Position numbers and translations under genes: made by a program | Notes under the pieces: generated by a model | What the model was told of the DNA's origin: nothing | Seen by the model: only the letters and a program-made list of their open reading frames with translations | Database searches by the model: none | Part shown: piece by piece, positions 10,009 through 20,607 of the stretch | How positions within the stretch are numbered: position 1 is the first letter of the stretch | Layout of the letters: the number at the start of each line of letters is the position of its first letter | Source: an uncultured virus (IMG/VR IMGVR_UViG_2645727852_000004) | Taxonomy: Duplodnaviria > Heunggongvirae > Uroviricota > Caudoviricetes | DNA length: 64,000 nucleotides | Direction: 5' to 3' (one strand) | IMG/VR virus record: IMGVR_UViG_2645727852_000004

Positions 10009-11556
10009 TCACTCCGGCAGGTAAATCTCAATTTCTAAATCGAAGTTATCGCCACGTTGATGTTTTTCTTTTCTATATGTTACTTTTTCGATGACCTGTT
10101 TCAGTAGGTCATTTTTCTTTTCCGGATCTTCTGTTTGATGATACGCTTCGATTACATGTTTAATACGCGGTAATAAGCTTTCCTTGGCAGTTTCCTGTTC
10201 GCGTACACGGCTAGCTTCTTCAGCTACCCTTTTAATTGCTTCTTTCGTTTCACTTATACGGCCCATGATGTTCTGATTACGTTCTAAGTAGGTGTCTATA
10301 TCATAGACGCCACGTTCCAGCAAATCATGCAACTTATTTTTTTGTTTTTCCAATTCGTCTAGCTGCTTCTCCATGTCGCTTATGATAGTCTCTGGTGTAA
10401 AAGAGGTTGACTCTGCCTCTGTTTCGGCAGCTACTTCCCTTTCTATTTCCTCCATATTTACTTCGAAATCATTCAACCATTGTTGTAATTGATTTAGTAC
10501 AGCACGTTCTACATATTCAAAGCGGGTGCTTTTGTTCTTGCAGTTCACATTGCTGCAGCGAATGTGTGGAGCCTGCTTTGTGTACGGACGTTTAATCATA
10601 GCAGCACTACATAAGTCACAGCGAACTAGGCCAGCTAATGGATTAGTAATTTTCAAGTTGGCCCGATTAGGTACTCGTGTTTTCTGTTTCAGTGTTTGTT
10701 GAGCCTTCTTGAAAAGTTCAGTAGAAACAAGTGAATCATGTTTGCCTTCTACATCAATCCATTCATCACGAGGGCGCCACTCCTCGATCCCTTTCTTCTT
10801 ATTGGTGTACTTCTTGCGCCATTGCATACGACCAATATAAACCTCATTCCTCAAAATTGATATGACAGAATAGGGGGACCACAATCCTTTACCTGAAGGA
10901 GTAGATATTTTCATTTCATTGAGCCGGCGGGAAATACGTGATGTACCAACTTTTTCATTTACATACCAATGAAAGATAAGACGAACAATTTCAGCTTCTT
11001 TCTCATTTGGCACAAGAATAAGATCGTCGCCTTTACTGTAGCCAAACGGAGCTTTCGTACCAATAAAACGCCCTTCCTTTACAGAAGCAACACGGCCGCG
11101 CTGAAGACGTTTGTTGATTAGCTTTAGCTCACGACGCGCCATGAATGCCTCAAATTCAGAGTATTCCTCGTCAAATTCATCTTCGAGGTCATAGCTTTTT
11201 TGAGGTGTGATAATCAGTGTTTTTGACTCTTTGAATGCAGCAATAATAGCACCCTGGTCGCGCATATCACCACGGCCTAATCGGTCAATATCCATACAGA
11301 GAACAGCATCATACATACCGTCTTCGACTTCATTCAATAGCCTGATTACTTCAGGGCGATCAGCAATGCGCTCACCAGATACGATTTCTTCATAGATTTT
11401 TATAATGTTGTATTCGTTCCGGTGTGCCAGCTCCAGCAGAGCTTTCTTATGTTTAGATAATGTTTCACCTTCGCCACGCATTTCTGCTTCGATATCAGCG
11501 CGGGATTTACGTAGATACATGACGACTCGATTCAGACCTTTTGGAAATTCACGCAT
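10009..11556 (-). CDS. Large serine recombinase 3 (prophage integrase)
   Basis: YLRKSR, DIDRLGR, LVRCDLC; 3' end ~50 bp from the sigK junction. Confidence 0.93.
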   Translation of the reverse strand: MREFPKGLNRVVMYLRKSRADIEAEMRGEGETLSKHKKALLELAHRNEYNIIKIYEEIVSGERIADRPEVIRLLNEVEDGMYDAVLCMDIDRLGRGDMRDQGAIIAAFKESKTLIITPQKSYDLEDEFDEEYSEFEAFMARRELKLINKRLQRGRVASVKEGRFIGTKAPFGYSKGDDLILVPNEKEAEIVRLIFHWYVNEKVGTSRISRRLNEMKISTPSGKGLWSPYSVISILRNEVYIGRMQWRKKYTNKKKGIEEWRPRDEWIDVEGKHDSLVSTELFKKAQQTLKQKTRVPNRANLKITNPLAGLVRCDLCSAAMIKRPYTKQAPHIRCSNVNCKNKSTRFEYVERAVLNQLQQWLNDFEVNMEEIEREVAAETEAESTSFTPETIISDMEKQLDELEKQKNKLHDLLERGVYDIDTYLERNQNIMGRISETKEAIKRVAEEASRVREQETAKESLLPRIKHVIEAYHQTEDPEKKNDLLKQVIEKVTYRKEKHQRGDNFDLEIEIYLPE

Positions 11557-11690
11557 GGTTTACCTCCTGTATACTGATATGATTTTATGCTGAATAGATA
11601 AGGATAATTTGTATTGCTATAAAAAACCACAAAAGTGGCAATTGAGAATAACGTGGATATTTTGAGAACAAATTATACATAATGGAATAG

Positions 11691-11702
11691 GAATGTATGT
11701 TC
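11691..11702. promoter_or_regulatory. LexA-like box upstream of the integrase
   Basis: GAATGTATGTTC, one mismatch to GAAC-N4-GTTC. Confidence 0.5.
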
Positions 11703-12160
11703 TGTTTTATAATTAAAAAGAAGAGCCTGAGAAAGGCTTCAGAATTCAGATATTAATAATAGTACATAGAGGAGAGTTATTCACAACCCTCTCTTTATTT
11801 TAGCGTATCATTGTTCATTATCGTTATGAATAGTCGAAGGAAGGTTTGTTCTTGGTTGCAAGTGAAAAGAAAAGCGGAAAGGATAATTTTACCTACCCCC
11901 ATTAATAATCAAATGCATACCATTTGACAAATGATAAAAGAACACTGTTTATGGGCTCTTTTAAATTATATAGCATATATATTTTATTTTAAGGCAATAA
12001 AGCTAAAGCTACATATAATAAAAAAGAACGCGGCTTAAGCAGAAATTTTTCTGGAACTATATACGAGAAGAAGCAAACAAAAGTTCTTTTTTTAGGCTAT
12101 AAGTGTTATAATTTAACATGATAATCGATTAGATGAATAACAAATATATCCAAGTGGGAG

Positions 12161-13168
12161 GTGATTCAAATGGCAAAAGGGGCACATTTGAAAAAGCTTT
12201 TTCAGAGTTATAGGGATGGTAATGATGAGTTATTTAAGGATGTTGCTCAGTTAATTATTGAAGATGAACAGAAGAAAAATCATTTGCAATTAGCAGAGGA
12301 ACTGCAGCGAATCATTAATTCAACTGTAACTCGTCGAAAAGCTGAAACAAATTTCCAGCAGAATTATTTTCATCTTTTGCCTAAAGATAAAGATTCCAAC
12401 TACCCATTAATGGATATAAAACAATCAAAAAAGGTTTTAGCTGATTTGATCTTGGCTGAAGAAATGAAAAATTTGATTATTGAATTCATCCAGGAGTTTG
12501 AACAGGCTGATATTTTAGCATCTTACGGGTTAACAGCAAGAAATAGATTTTTGTTTTGTGGACCACCAGGATGTGGAAAAACAGTTACAGCTGAAGCAAT
12601 AGCAGGAGAACTAAGTCTGCCTCTTTTATATATTCGATTTGACAGTGTGGTCTCTTCTTATCTTGGTGAGACGGCCTCGAATTTACGTAAGGTTTTTGAT
12701 TTTGCTACTAAAGGAACATGGGTTTTATTTTTTGATGAGTTCGATGCTATTGCTAAAAGTCGAGATAATTCAGATGAGCATGGGGAACTGAAAAGGGTAG
12801 TCAATAGCTTTCTGCAGCTGCTGGATAATTATCATGGAAATAGTATTGTGATTGCAGCTACAAATCATCAACAATTATTAGATTCAGCTATTTGGAGAAG
12901 GTTTGATGATGTACTCTTTTTTGAAAAGCCTAATGTTACTGAAATTAAAGGGCTTTTAACAAAACATCTAAAAAGATTTCCGTATGAAGCTATTGATGTA
13001 AATAAATTGGCTGTTAGTATGAATGGATTTTCACATGCTGATATTGAGCGTGTGTGTCTAACAACAATCAAACGGGCAATCATTCATGGTGAAAAGATGA
13101 TTACACATGATGATTTAAAACATCAGATAGAGCTATATCAAAAAAGAAATCGAGTATACAATAATTGA
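12161..13168 (+). CDS. AAA+ ATPase (IetA-like)
   Basis: Walker A GPPGCGKT, Walker B FFDEFD, AATNH, AIWRRFD; adjacent to an S8 peptidase. Confidence 0.9.
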   Translation: MIQMAKGAHLKKLFQSYRDGNDELFKDVAQLIIEDEQKKNHLQLAEELQRIINSTVTRRKAETNFQQNYFHLLPKDKDSNYPLMDIKQSKKVLADLILAEEMKNLIIEFIQEFEQADILASYGLTARNRFLFCGPPGCGKTVTAEAIAGELSLPLLYIRFDSVVSSYLGETASNLRKVFDFATKGTWVLFFDEFDAIAKSRDNSDEHGELKRVVNSFLQLLDNYHGNSIVIAATNHQQLLDSAIWRRFDDVLFFEKPNVTEIKGLLTKHLKRFPYEAIDVNKLAVSMNGFSHADIERVCLTTIKRAIIHGEKMITHDDLKHQIELYQKRNRVYNN

Positions 13169-13169
13169 T

Positions 13170-13195
13170 AAAAGGACGAGTGACCTCGTCCTTTT
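13170..13195. terminator. Bidirectional terminator
   Basis: AAAAGGACGAG-tgac-CTCGTCCTTTT between convergent genes. Confidence 0.8.
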
Positions 13196-15585
13196 TATTT
13201 TAATCTTCCTCGTGTTCTTTGAGGAATTCTTTGGTTTATTCTGTTAGAAACTGAGTCGTATAACTTTGCCTCAACATTTTCATGTTCGAGTGATACTACA
13301 ATTGCATAGTTTTGCTTTTCATTACCTTCATACCACCTCTTCGCACATTTAACCACAAGATAATAAGTATCTCCATAGTCCTCTCGGGACCTCTTGGAGG
13401 CTGCTATAGTATGTGTTGCCTTTAGGAGAGTTCCACGCTGTACCTCTGTCATAGAAGGAGACAAATTACATTTGCACCTTTTCTTCTCAGTAGGAAGTGA
13501 GTCTTTTTCAAATTCATCATCATCTGGTTTGCAGGTGTACCTTTTAATTTCATCTAGAGAGAGACCCCGATACAGGGTAAACGACATTTTAGTACCTACA
13601 TAATCAATTCGGCTATCACGGCAAGGGGGATTATACGCCAGTGAAATATGAATTTTTGTCTTTCCTTTTTTATTATATACTTCATCCGGAATAGGGATTT
13701 CAAATACACTTACCTTATCAACTTCAATTTGTCCTTCATGATACATAGTTACATAGTGATCATAAGAGTTAGTAAGAATCTGCTCTCTAACTTCTCCATA
13801 ACCAGATAGCCTAGTTTGATAAGTTTTTAATTCTGATGGTTTTGAAATAGTATTAGAAAATTTTTCTGCTACTGCTTTTATAGCTTGTGTTTCAATAGTA
13901 GCTGTATTAATAAGTAATGCTCGGAGTAAATTTCCTTTTGCAGTAGGAATCTCACGTTTAATTCTTCCTAATAAATGGGCAATATACGGTGCAGCAAAAC
14001 TCGTACCTGAACGAACTTCAAACCATGAATCATTGCCATCAAATATACTAGTAGAAAATATACCGAGATTCCTATCGGAAAAATTTATTTGCTTTACTTG
14101 TGTATTCAGGGAGAAATTTCCCCCGTATGAAATTGTTTCTGGTTTAATTGAATTAGCATATCCGTATCCCGAGCGACTAAAAGGAGATATATGTTCCTTT
14201 TTAGCAATAGCACGATATTGAAGCTTTCTTCTAGAGTATGGTGAAATATAAGGGACTTCTTCCTTAGCCTTAGAGCCCACTGTTAGACCACTTATAGCAA
14301 TCGCAGGAGGAATTACGGATGCTTCAGGATCATGTAGAAGATATTCCATATACTTTTCTAAAACCTCTTCTCCTCCTTCAGGAAAATAGTTTCCACTAGA
14401 AATGACGACCGCAATATTGTACTTATGATTTAGGGAGTCGATAATATAACTCCAAGGATCCATTTTTGTTTGTTGTTGATATGGAATCCGTGTATCGCCA
14501 AGAGAAATGTTAAATATTTTACAATTATAGTTATCACTGGCGAAGTATTCTATAGCTTCTTTTACAACTGAAGCGAGTATTTTTTCGTCTGAGAATTCAT
14601 TGTTTTCATTAGTGACACGACCATTAAGTAAGCGAAATTGAGGCATAAGCGGACTGGGCTGTTGAAGGGTTGCGTAGACGTCTCCATACTGAGTAATACC
14701 AGCTACCATTGTTCCATGTCCGTTTTTATCAGCAGGGTCATCTAAACCGCCAAATGCTGCAGAATCATAAACAGTTCCTTTAAGAAGTGGGTGAGAAGAA
14801 AGTACACCGCTATCAATAATAGCGATAAAGGGCCCATCCTCAGGAGCAGGAATAACTTCTGGCAATTCATCGACTCCTATGTTTCTAACACTCTCGTAAT
14901 CATGAGTTGATTGTTGAGGAAGATCGATGGTATATACATTATGATGCTCTAAAAGAGCATGAATATTTTTTCCTAAAATCGAAATTCTAATTAAGGCCAA
15001 ATTTGATAATATACAATCATCTATAAATGATACCTCTAACTCTCTCAAGAAATCCCTAAAAAGGTTCACTTTATTATAGATTTCATGAAGTGAATCGTTC
15101 CCTGTATACAACTGCACATCAATAGTATATAATTCGTTTGTTTTTATATCTTCATGTTTAATAAGAGGTCCTTTTTTTTCTTCAGGAGTTAGAAAAACAA
15201 ATTCATTAAGATTAGCAAATTCTGAGTAGTTAAGAGCTCGCTTCTTAGCAATCTTATTAGCAGTAAAATCAGAGAGGTGAGAGTTAAAAGTTTGACTGTT
15301 TTTTACGCGAACAATTACCTTGGTATCAGAAGGCACAGCTAATAATTCAAGTCCTAACTTTGAATATTTAATATGCTTACTGTTATCTTTTACAATGCAA
15401 AAAATAAAATCTTCACCAATTTTTTTTGCTTTTTTAAATTCGCTTTCTCTTTCTTGAAATCCTTTTTTTAACATTGCTCCATGAGCAGGAGGATAAACAA
15501 TTCTATCACCTCGACTGTCTGGTTTTCCTTGACGAGTAAGATTAATATTCTCCTGAACAAGTGGTAGGTGTTGATACGGGTTCAT
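13195..15585 (-). CDS. Cytoplasmic S8 serine peptidase (IetS-like)
   Basis: IIDSG, HGTMVAG, SSGN, SGTSFAAP; no signal peptide. Confidence 0.9.
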   Translation of the reverse strand: MNPYQHLPLVQENINLTRQGKPDSRGDRIVYPPAHGAMLKKGFQERESEFKKAKKIGEDFIFCIVKDNSKHIKYSKLGLELLAVPSDTKVIVRVKNSQTFNSHLSDFTANKIAKKRALNYSEFANLNEFVFLTPEEKKGPLIKHEDIKTNELYTIDVQLYTGNDSLHEIYNKVNLFRDFLRELEVSFIDDCILSNLALIRISILGKNIHALLEHHNVYTIDLPQQSTHDYESVRNIGVDELPEVIPAPEDGPFIAIIDSGVLSSHPLLKGTVYDSAAFGGLDDPADKNGHGTMVAGITQYGDVYATLQQPSPLMPQFRLLNGRVTNENNEFSDEKILASVVKEAIEYFASDNYNCKIFNISLGDTRIPYQQQTKMDPWSYIIDSLNHKYNIAVVISSGNYFPEGGEEVLEKYMEYLLHDPEASVIPPAIAISGLTVGSKAKEEVPYISPYSRRKLQYRAIAKKEHISPFSRSGYGYANSIKPETISYGGNFSLNTQVKQINFSDRNLGIFSTSIFDGNDSWFEVRSGTSFAAPYIAHLLGRIKREIPTAKGNLLRALLINTATIETQAIKAVAEKFSNTISKPSELKTYQTRLSGYGEVREQILTNSYDHYVTMYHEGQIEVDKVSVFEIPIPDEVYNKKGKTKIHISLAYNPPCRDSRIDYVGTKMSFTLYRGLSLDEIKRYTCKPDDDEFEKDSLPTEKKRCKCNLSPSMTEVQRGTLLKATHTIAASKRSREDYGDTYYLVVKCAKRWYEGNEKQNYAIVVSLEHENVEAKLYDSVSNRINQRIPQRTRGRLK

Positions 15586-15874
15586 TTTTTCACCCCTGAT
15601 ATAGTAGAAAATGTTTAGAAATAAGAAGAGTATATTGGGTATACGTTCCCTCTCTTAACGGGCTATTTGACTTATACATACTGTTATTAAAGTTGTGTTT
15701 GATATAGTATCTATGATACCACATTTTACCTAGTTGATGAATTACTCAAGCTTTACATCTCGTAAATGTACATTGTAATATAAGAAAGCACCGAAGATAT
15801 AGAATGGTAAATATTTTTAAAAAAAACTGAAAAGGATTTTTCGGATTAATGTACATTGCAATTAAAATTCTTAC

Positions 15875-16702
15875 TTAAAAATCATCATAAAAACTATCAA
15901 ACCCATTCGTTTTTGAACTTTTAATAAGCAAAAATCCAATAATTCCAAACAAAAACATAGCTAAAAGTTCATTAAATGAGATTAGTTTGCTTGGGTTAAG
16001 AAAGGCACTAATAATATTTATAATGATCATAAATGTATCTAGAAGGATCAGAAACACCCCCATAATACCGTAAAGGGTCCGATCAATTTTGCGTTCATGT
16101 TTAATCCAGAAATTAATAAACCTACTGAAAAGAGTATCTTTTGATACAGCCTTTCTTGCCCAAGCCGAAAGAAAAGAGCCATTTTTTATTTCACCACCAC
16201 CTTTTACTTTTCCCTCAACTTTAATATGAACTGATGAAGGTGCAGTATGAAACAGTTGTATAGTGGCTCCATCATTTTTATCAAGATAATCAAAATCAAT
16301 AAGAAGATGGGACTTATCTGGGGCTTCCCTGATTGTAAAATTATTGACGGGATCCTTTTCAAAAATTTTAGTGTGAACTAATATTTCAAAACCATCAGAT
16401 ATGTTTATTCTCAAGGGGGCTTTTTCGGTTATATCGCTTTTATCAATTGTTTGGTTACCTTTATTCCATATCATAATTTTAGTTACAGTCAGGTTAGAAA
16501 CTGGTTCACCTTTACATGTGATTTCAAGTTCCTCAATACCCTTTTGATAATCACGGATGATATTTTTGCCAGTTATCAAGTATCGTGGTTTTTTTTGAGG
16601 ACGTGCTTTGACTGTTAGAATCAAACTGATTATACCAGCTACTGCAGTAGCTAAAGCGAAATATGGATTGGCGACAACCCAAGCCAAAAACTGCTCAAGC
16701 AA
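15875..16702 (-). CDS. Hypothetical membrane protein
   Basis: One N-terminal and two C-terminal TM segments; AT-rich. Confidence 0.65.
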   Translation of the reverse strand: MLEQFLAWVVANPYFALATAVAGIISLILTVKARPQKKPRYLITGKNIIRDYQKGIEELEITCKGEPVSNLTVTKIMIWNKGNQTIDKSDITEKAPLRINISDGFEILVHTKIFEKDPVNNFTIREAPDKSHLLIDFDYLDKNDGATIQLFHTAPSSVHIKVEGKVKGGGEIKNGSFLSAWARKAVSKDTLFSRFINFWIKHERKIDRTLYGIMGVFLILLDTFMIIINIISAFLNPSKLISFNELLAMFLFGIIGFLLIKSSKTNGFDSFYDDF

Positions 16703-16964
16703 TGAAATTCTCTCCTTTTTTACAACAATGTCTATGTTTCATAACTATTTTTGCGAAGCAAATCACTGTGAGTTCTATATATAAATAGATTAAAATTCAA
16801 ATAAAATTTTCTCGTTTAATTCCAGAACTTTTTTTCGCCTTTTTTTCAAAAGTCACTGAGAAATCAATAATAGTAATCTTCTTTTCCGTATCTAACGTTT
16901 CAATAACTTCTCGCGCACCTTTGCTACCATAATATATCTAGAAGCGGTAGGGACAGGTTGAGTC

Positions 16965-17296
16965 TAATATTTTCTTTAATGATTTCGTACGGATAGCAGA
17001 ATCAATCCCAAATACAGCAATCAGCTGCCGAGCAGCAGCTATGCTCCACTAGGCGATATCAATCCGATCCGGTCGACCATGTTCTCTCTTGTTTGGTACA
17101 GGATGTTTTTTTTTCCATATCAGCAGAAGATAGGGGCTAGATCAAGTAACTTCTTCTGCAATGCAAAATGAAACTCTGTCTTATTCACATGTTTTTTCTT
17201 CTGGCTGTGGGTGGGTTCACGCACGACTTCCTCTACAAGATGCAATACGACTTCACGCAACTTCTCAGCATCAATGATAAGAGTGATTTGCTGCAT
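16965..17296 (-). pseudogene. Degraded ORF
   Basis: RBS GAGGTG then MQQITLIIDAEKLREVV...; broken by stops and frameshifts; later segment reads RIDIA*W...IAVFGIDS. Confidence 0.35.
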
Positions 17297-17419
17297 ATCC
17301 CATCACCTCAGAATTTTATAGTGAATAAAACTCTATAAAAGGACAGAACGACACCAATGACTATATCGTCCAGATGTCGTTTGTTGTTTATAATTTGTGT
17401 ATGATCTTTAACTGACCTT

Positions 17420-18097
17420 TTATTTCTTTGCCCAAAGTCCTTTTTCAGCATCTCGTGCCTGCTTTTGGAGCTTCACAAAGCTATCTGTATACTTCACATT
17501 CGGTGGGAACGTAGCGACCTGGGCATACCCTTCTTTCACAAGCGTCTGATTCAGCATTTCAGCTTTTGGATTCTTCGCATTACCTAACCATACGTAAGCC
17601 AGTAGACGGCCATATTTATCACGCTGTTGAACATCAAATTCAAGCGTAACTGTTTGACCATCTAAGCGTTTCTTTGTGTAAGCAGAGGCTTCTGGACCAT
17701 ATGGCTGTACCGGTTTGTTTGGATGAACTGTCTCTGGCGTATCGATACCAATCAAACGAATGCTTTCTTCCTTGCCATTGATCTTTGCTTTAAACGTATC
17801 TCCATCGACAACTTTCGTAACCGTAACTTTCAGGGTACCAGGAAGTTTGTTTTGAGCAGGCTTAGTTGTAGCCGGCTTTGTAGGAGCTGGTTGTGTTGCT
17901 TTGGTGGTAGGGGCAGACGTTGTTTTTGTACTTCCCCCATTATGATAGTGATATTCTCCGTCTTTTAATCCCCATTTAGCACAGTTTGTCCGACAAGTGT
18001 GACCTCCGTTTGCGTCAGTCCGACCAGGGTGAGCAGAAGCGGATAGTGGAGCTGCTACCAGTCCTAGCATGATCATGAGTGCAAGTATCTTTTTCAT
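17420..18097 (-). CDS. Secreted thermonuclease with N-terminal YHYH domain
   Basis: Signal peptide; HPGRTDANGGH...EYHYHN; VVDGDT, RLIGIDTPE, DKYGRLLAY. Confidence 0.9.
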   Translation of the reverse strand: MKKILALMIMLGLVAAPLSASAHPGRTDANGGHTCRTNCAKWGLKDGEYHYHNGGSTKTTSAPTTKATQPAPTKPATTKPAQNKLPGTLKVTVTKVVDGDTFKAKINGKEESIRLIGIDTPETVHPNKPVQPYGPEASAYTKKRLDGQTVTLEFDVQQRDKYGRLLAYVWLGNAKNPKAEMLNQTLVKEGYAQVATFPPNVKYTDSFVKLQKQARDAEKGLWAKK

Positions 18098-18410
18098 AAA
18101 GTCCTCCTTAAGATGATTGTTGAGTTAATTTCTTTTGTAAAAAAAGCCCCCTTACATGGGAGCCTAAGTAATGGTTTTATTCACGGGTAATGTTATGTTT
18201 TCACACCTTGAATTTTCTTTTTCAGGAAATCAACTCCATTTTATTGTAACTCAGGGATGATAAATGTACTAGGTCTAAAGATTAGACAAGTTTCGACAAA
18301 ATGATACAAATGATATACCTTACTTTCACAGGTGGTGCATTTTTTGCACTTTATTCCAATTAATGGATGATTTAGTATGGAATCAAGAAAATGAAGGTGA
18401 GGGGATAGCA

Positions 18411-18651
18411 ATGAAAGCAACAGGTGTTGTTCGTAAAATGGACGAGTTAGGGCGAATAGTATTGCCAGTTGAATTACGTCGTACGTTAGGGATTGCTGAA
18501 AAGGACGGATTGGAGATTTTTGTAGACGGTGGTAATTCTGCGCAAGTATCAGCCGGCATGTTCATTCTGTAATTCAATGGATGATGTGAAAGAGTTTAAA
18601 GGAAAGTTGATCTGCGGAAATTGCCAAGAAGAGATAGCTAAATGCAAATAA
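18411..18651 (+). pseudogene. abrB: AbrB-family regulator, frameshifted
   Basis: MKATGVVRKMDELGRIVLPVELRRTL...FVDG continues in the +1 frame as VILRKYQPACSFC...KGKLICGNC. Confidence 0.85.
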
Positions 18652-18731
18652 GAAAAAAAGCTACCAGGTGAGTAAAGCCAGGTAGCTTTTTCTGTGTTTA
18701 TCTTTTGCTGATACATATTGTAATTTACTTA

Positions 18732-20246
18732 CTATTTATTGTATTCCATTACTTCAAAATCAGATATTTGATCGAAAACAATATGATCTTTTCTGCTGGA
18801 GAATGGACCGATATTATAGTTTTTGTTAATGACATAATATTTTAAGCCAGAACCGTTTGTGCGTCCATTATACCAGTTGATAAAGGCTTTTATCTCGTCA
18901 GCAGACATATCATATTCTTTACGGTTTGCATTTGTCATCGTAATAACTAGTAAAGCACGATTGCCCTTTATATCAGGATCAGGTCCTGTTGAACCACCTG
19001 CTGTCGGTGTCGCAGATGCTTCGTTAGAAGTCTTAGTTTCTGTACCGTTTTCCAGTGCAGTTACTACATAGTAGTATGTTGTTCCGTTCTGCACTTTGTT
19101 ATCTACATATGATTTATCTGTTACGTTATTAGCAATTACTTCATATGGTCCACCAGGAGTTGTTGATCTTTTTACAACATAGCCTGAGGCATTAATATCT
19201 GTTTCCCAGTTCAGGTTTACTACAGAGTTACCAGCAGATGCTGTTAGGTTAATTTCCACAGTATCTGGAGTTGTTACAGGTGGCGTAAAAACTTCTGTTG
19301 ATTTTAAATAACTAACTGAGCCGCTTCCGGTTTTAGCACCAGCAACAGCATAGATTTTATCGTTTAATACCGTTGCACTATGGTTATATCTAGCTACATT
19401 CAAGCTTTTAACTGTTCTCCAAGTATCGCTTGAAGGGGTGTATTCCTCTACGGTACTTGTAGAATCAGAATATGAGTTAGAACCACGAGAAATAACAAAT
19501 CCTCCAATAACATAGATTTTATCGTGGATTGCAACGGCAGGAGCACCTTTTGCGATAGGCATGTCAGTTTTCTTAGTCCAAGTATCAGTAAGTGGATCAT
19601 ATTCTTCTACTGTTTTTAAAGGAACGTTATATGAGCCGTTTGTATTAGCACCACCAATCATATAAATTTTTTGGTTGAATGTTACGGCGCTTCCTGATCT
19701 AGCAGAAGGCATGTCAGCCTTTTTAGTCCAAGTATCAGTAAGTGGATCGTATTCTTCTACAGTGTTGAAAAAGTTACGACCGTTCTGACCTCCTATAACA
19801 TAAATTTTATTATCTACTACAGCTACACCCATTCCATACTTTGCAGTAGACATATCAGCTTTTTTACTCCAGCTATTAGTTACAGGGTCGTATTCTTCTA
19901 CCGTTTTTACAGGAGTACCGTTTTCTAAACCTCCAAAAATATAAATTTTATGATTTACAGAAGCAATACCCATGATAGCTCTTGGTTTAGGTAGATTAGA
20001 TTTTACTATCCATTTATCAGTTGAAGGATCGTATTCATCGACGTTACTTGCATATTTAACACCATTATTATGATAATATCCACCTATATTATAAATCTTA
20101 CCGTTTTCTGAAATGGTAGCATTTCCATATCTCGCAATAGAAATATCAGCTCTGAACTCCCAGTTTCCTAAATCTTCAGCGTAAACAGGACTAGTAAATA
20201 AAAAAATAAAACATAGTAGTAAGGAAAATACATTTTTCTTCTTCAC
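18732..20246 (-). CDS. Secreted Kelch-repeat plus FN3 protein
   Basis: Signal peptide, six KIYxxGG...EEYDPxTDxW repeats, FN3-like domain. Confidence 0.88.
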   Translation of the reverse strand: MKKKNVFSLLLCFIFLFTSPVYAEDLGNWEFRADISIARYGNATISENGKIYNIGGYYHNNGVKYASNVDEYDPSTDKWIVKSNLPKPRAIMGIASVNHKIYIFGGLENGTPVKTVEEYDPVTNSWSKKADMSTAKYGMGVAVVDNKIYVIGGQNGRNFFNTVEEYDPLTDTWTKKADMPSARSGSAVTFNQKIYMIGGANTNGSYNVPLKTVEEYDPLTDTWTKKTDMPIAKGAPAVAIHDKIYVIGGFVISRGSNSYSDSTSTVEEYTPSSDTWRTVKSLNVARYNHSATVLNDKIYAVAGAKTGSGSVSYLKSTEVFTPPVTTPDTVEINLTASAGNSVVNLNWETDINASGYVVKRSTTPGGPYEVIANNVTDKSYVDNKVQNGTTYYYVVTALENGTETKTSNEASATPTAGGSTGPDPDIKGNRALLVITMTNANRKEYDMSADEIKAFINWYNGRTNGSGLKYYVINKNYNIGPFSSRKDHIVFDQISDFEVMEYNK

Positions 20247-20607
20247 TTTTCTTAAGCTCCCCTAGTATAAAAAATTGTTTTCTTGCATTACGTAGTTAGT
20301 AAAGCTATTAATTTTTCTTTGAACATAAATTCTCTCCTTTTATGTAAGTTGTTTGGAATAAAATATACTTTTTTAGTTATATATCCCATGAGTAAAATAT
20401 ACCATGATTCGTTACTAAAGATATGGTTTTCTTGCTAAAAGTGTAGACATACCATTCCGAAATAGGTATTTAGATTGTGATACAAACGAGATATCTAGAA
20501 TTTTAAATTAGTTAGTTGATATGTGTACCTCATGCTATTCTTGTTTGATATAAGAATGTTTGTTCTGTTTTGTGGTTAAAAAGAAGAGCCCAGGAAGGGC
20601 TTTTCAA

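Noticed and set aside
9834..10031. Minus-strand 65-aa ORF
   Set aside because: Antisense shadow of sigK fragment B.
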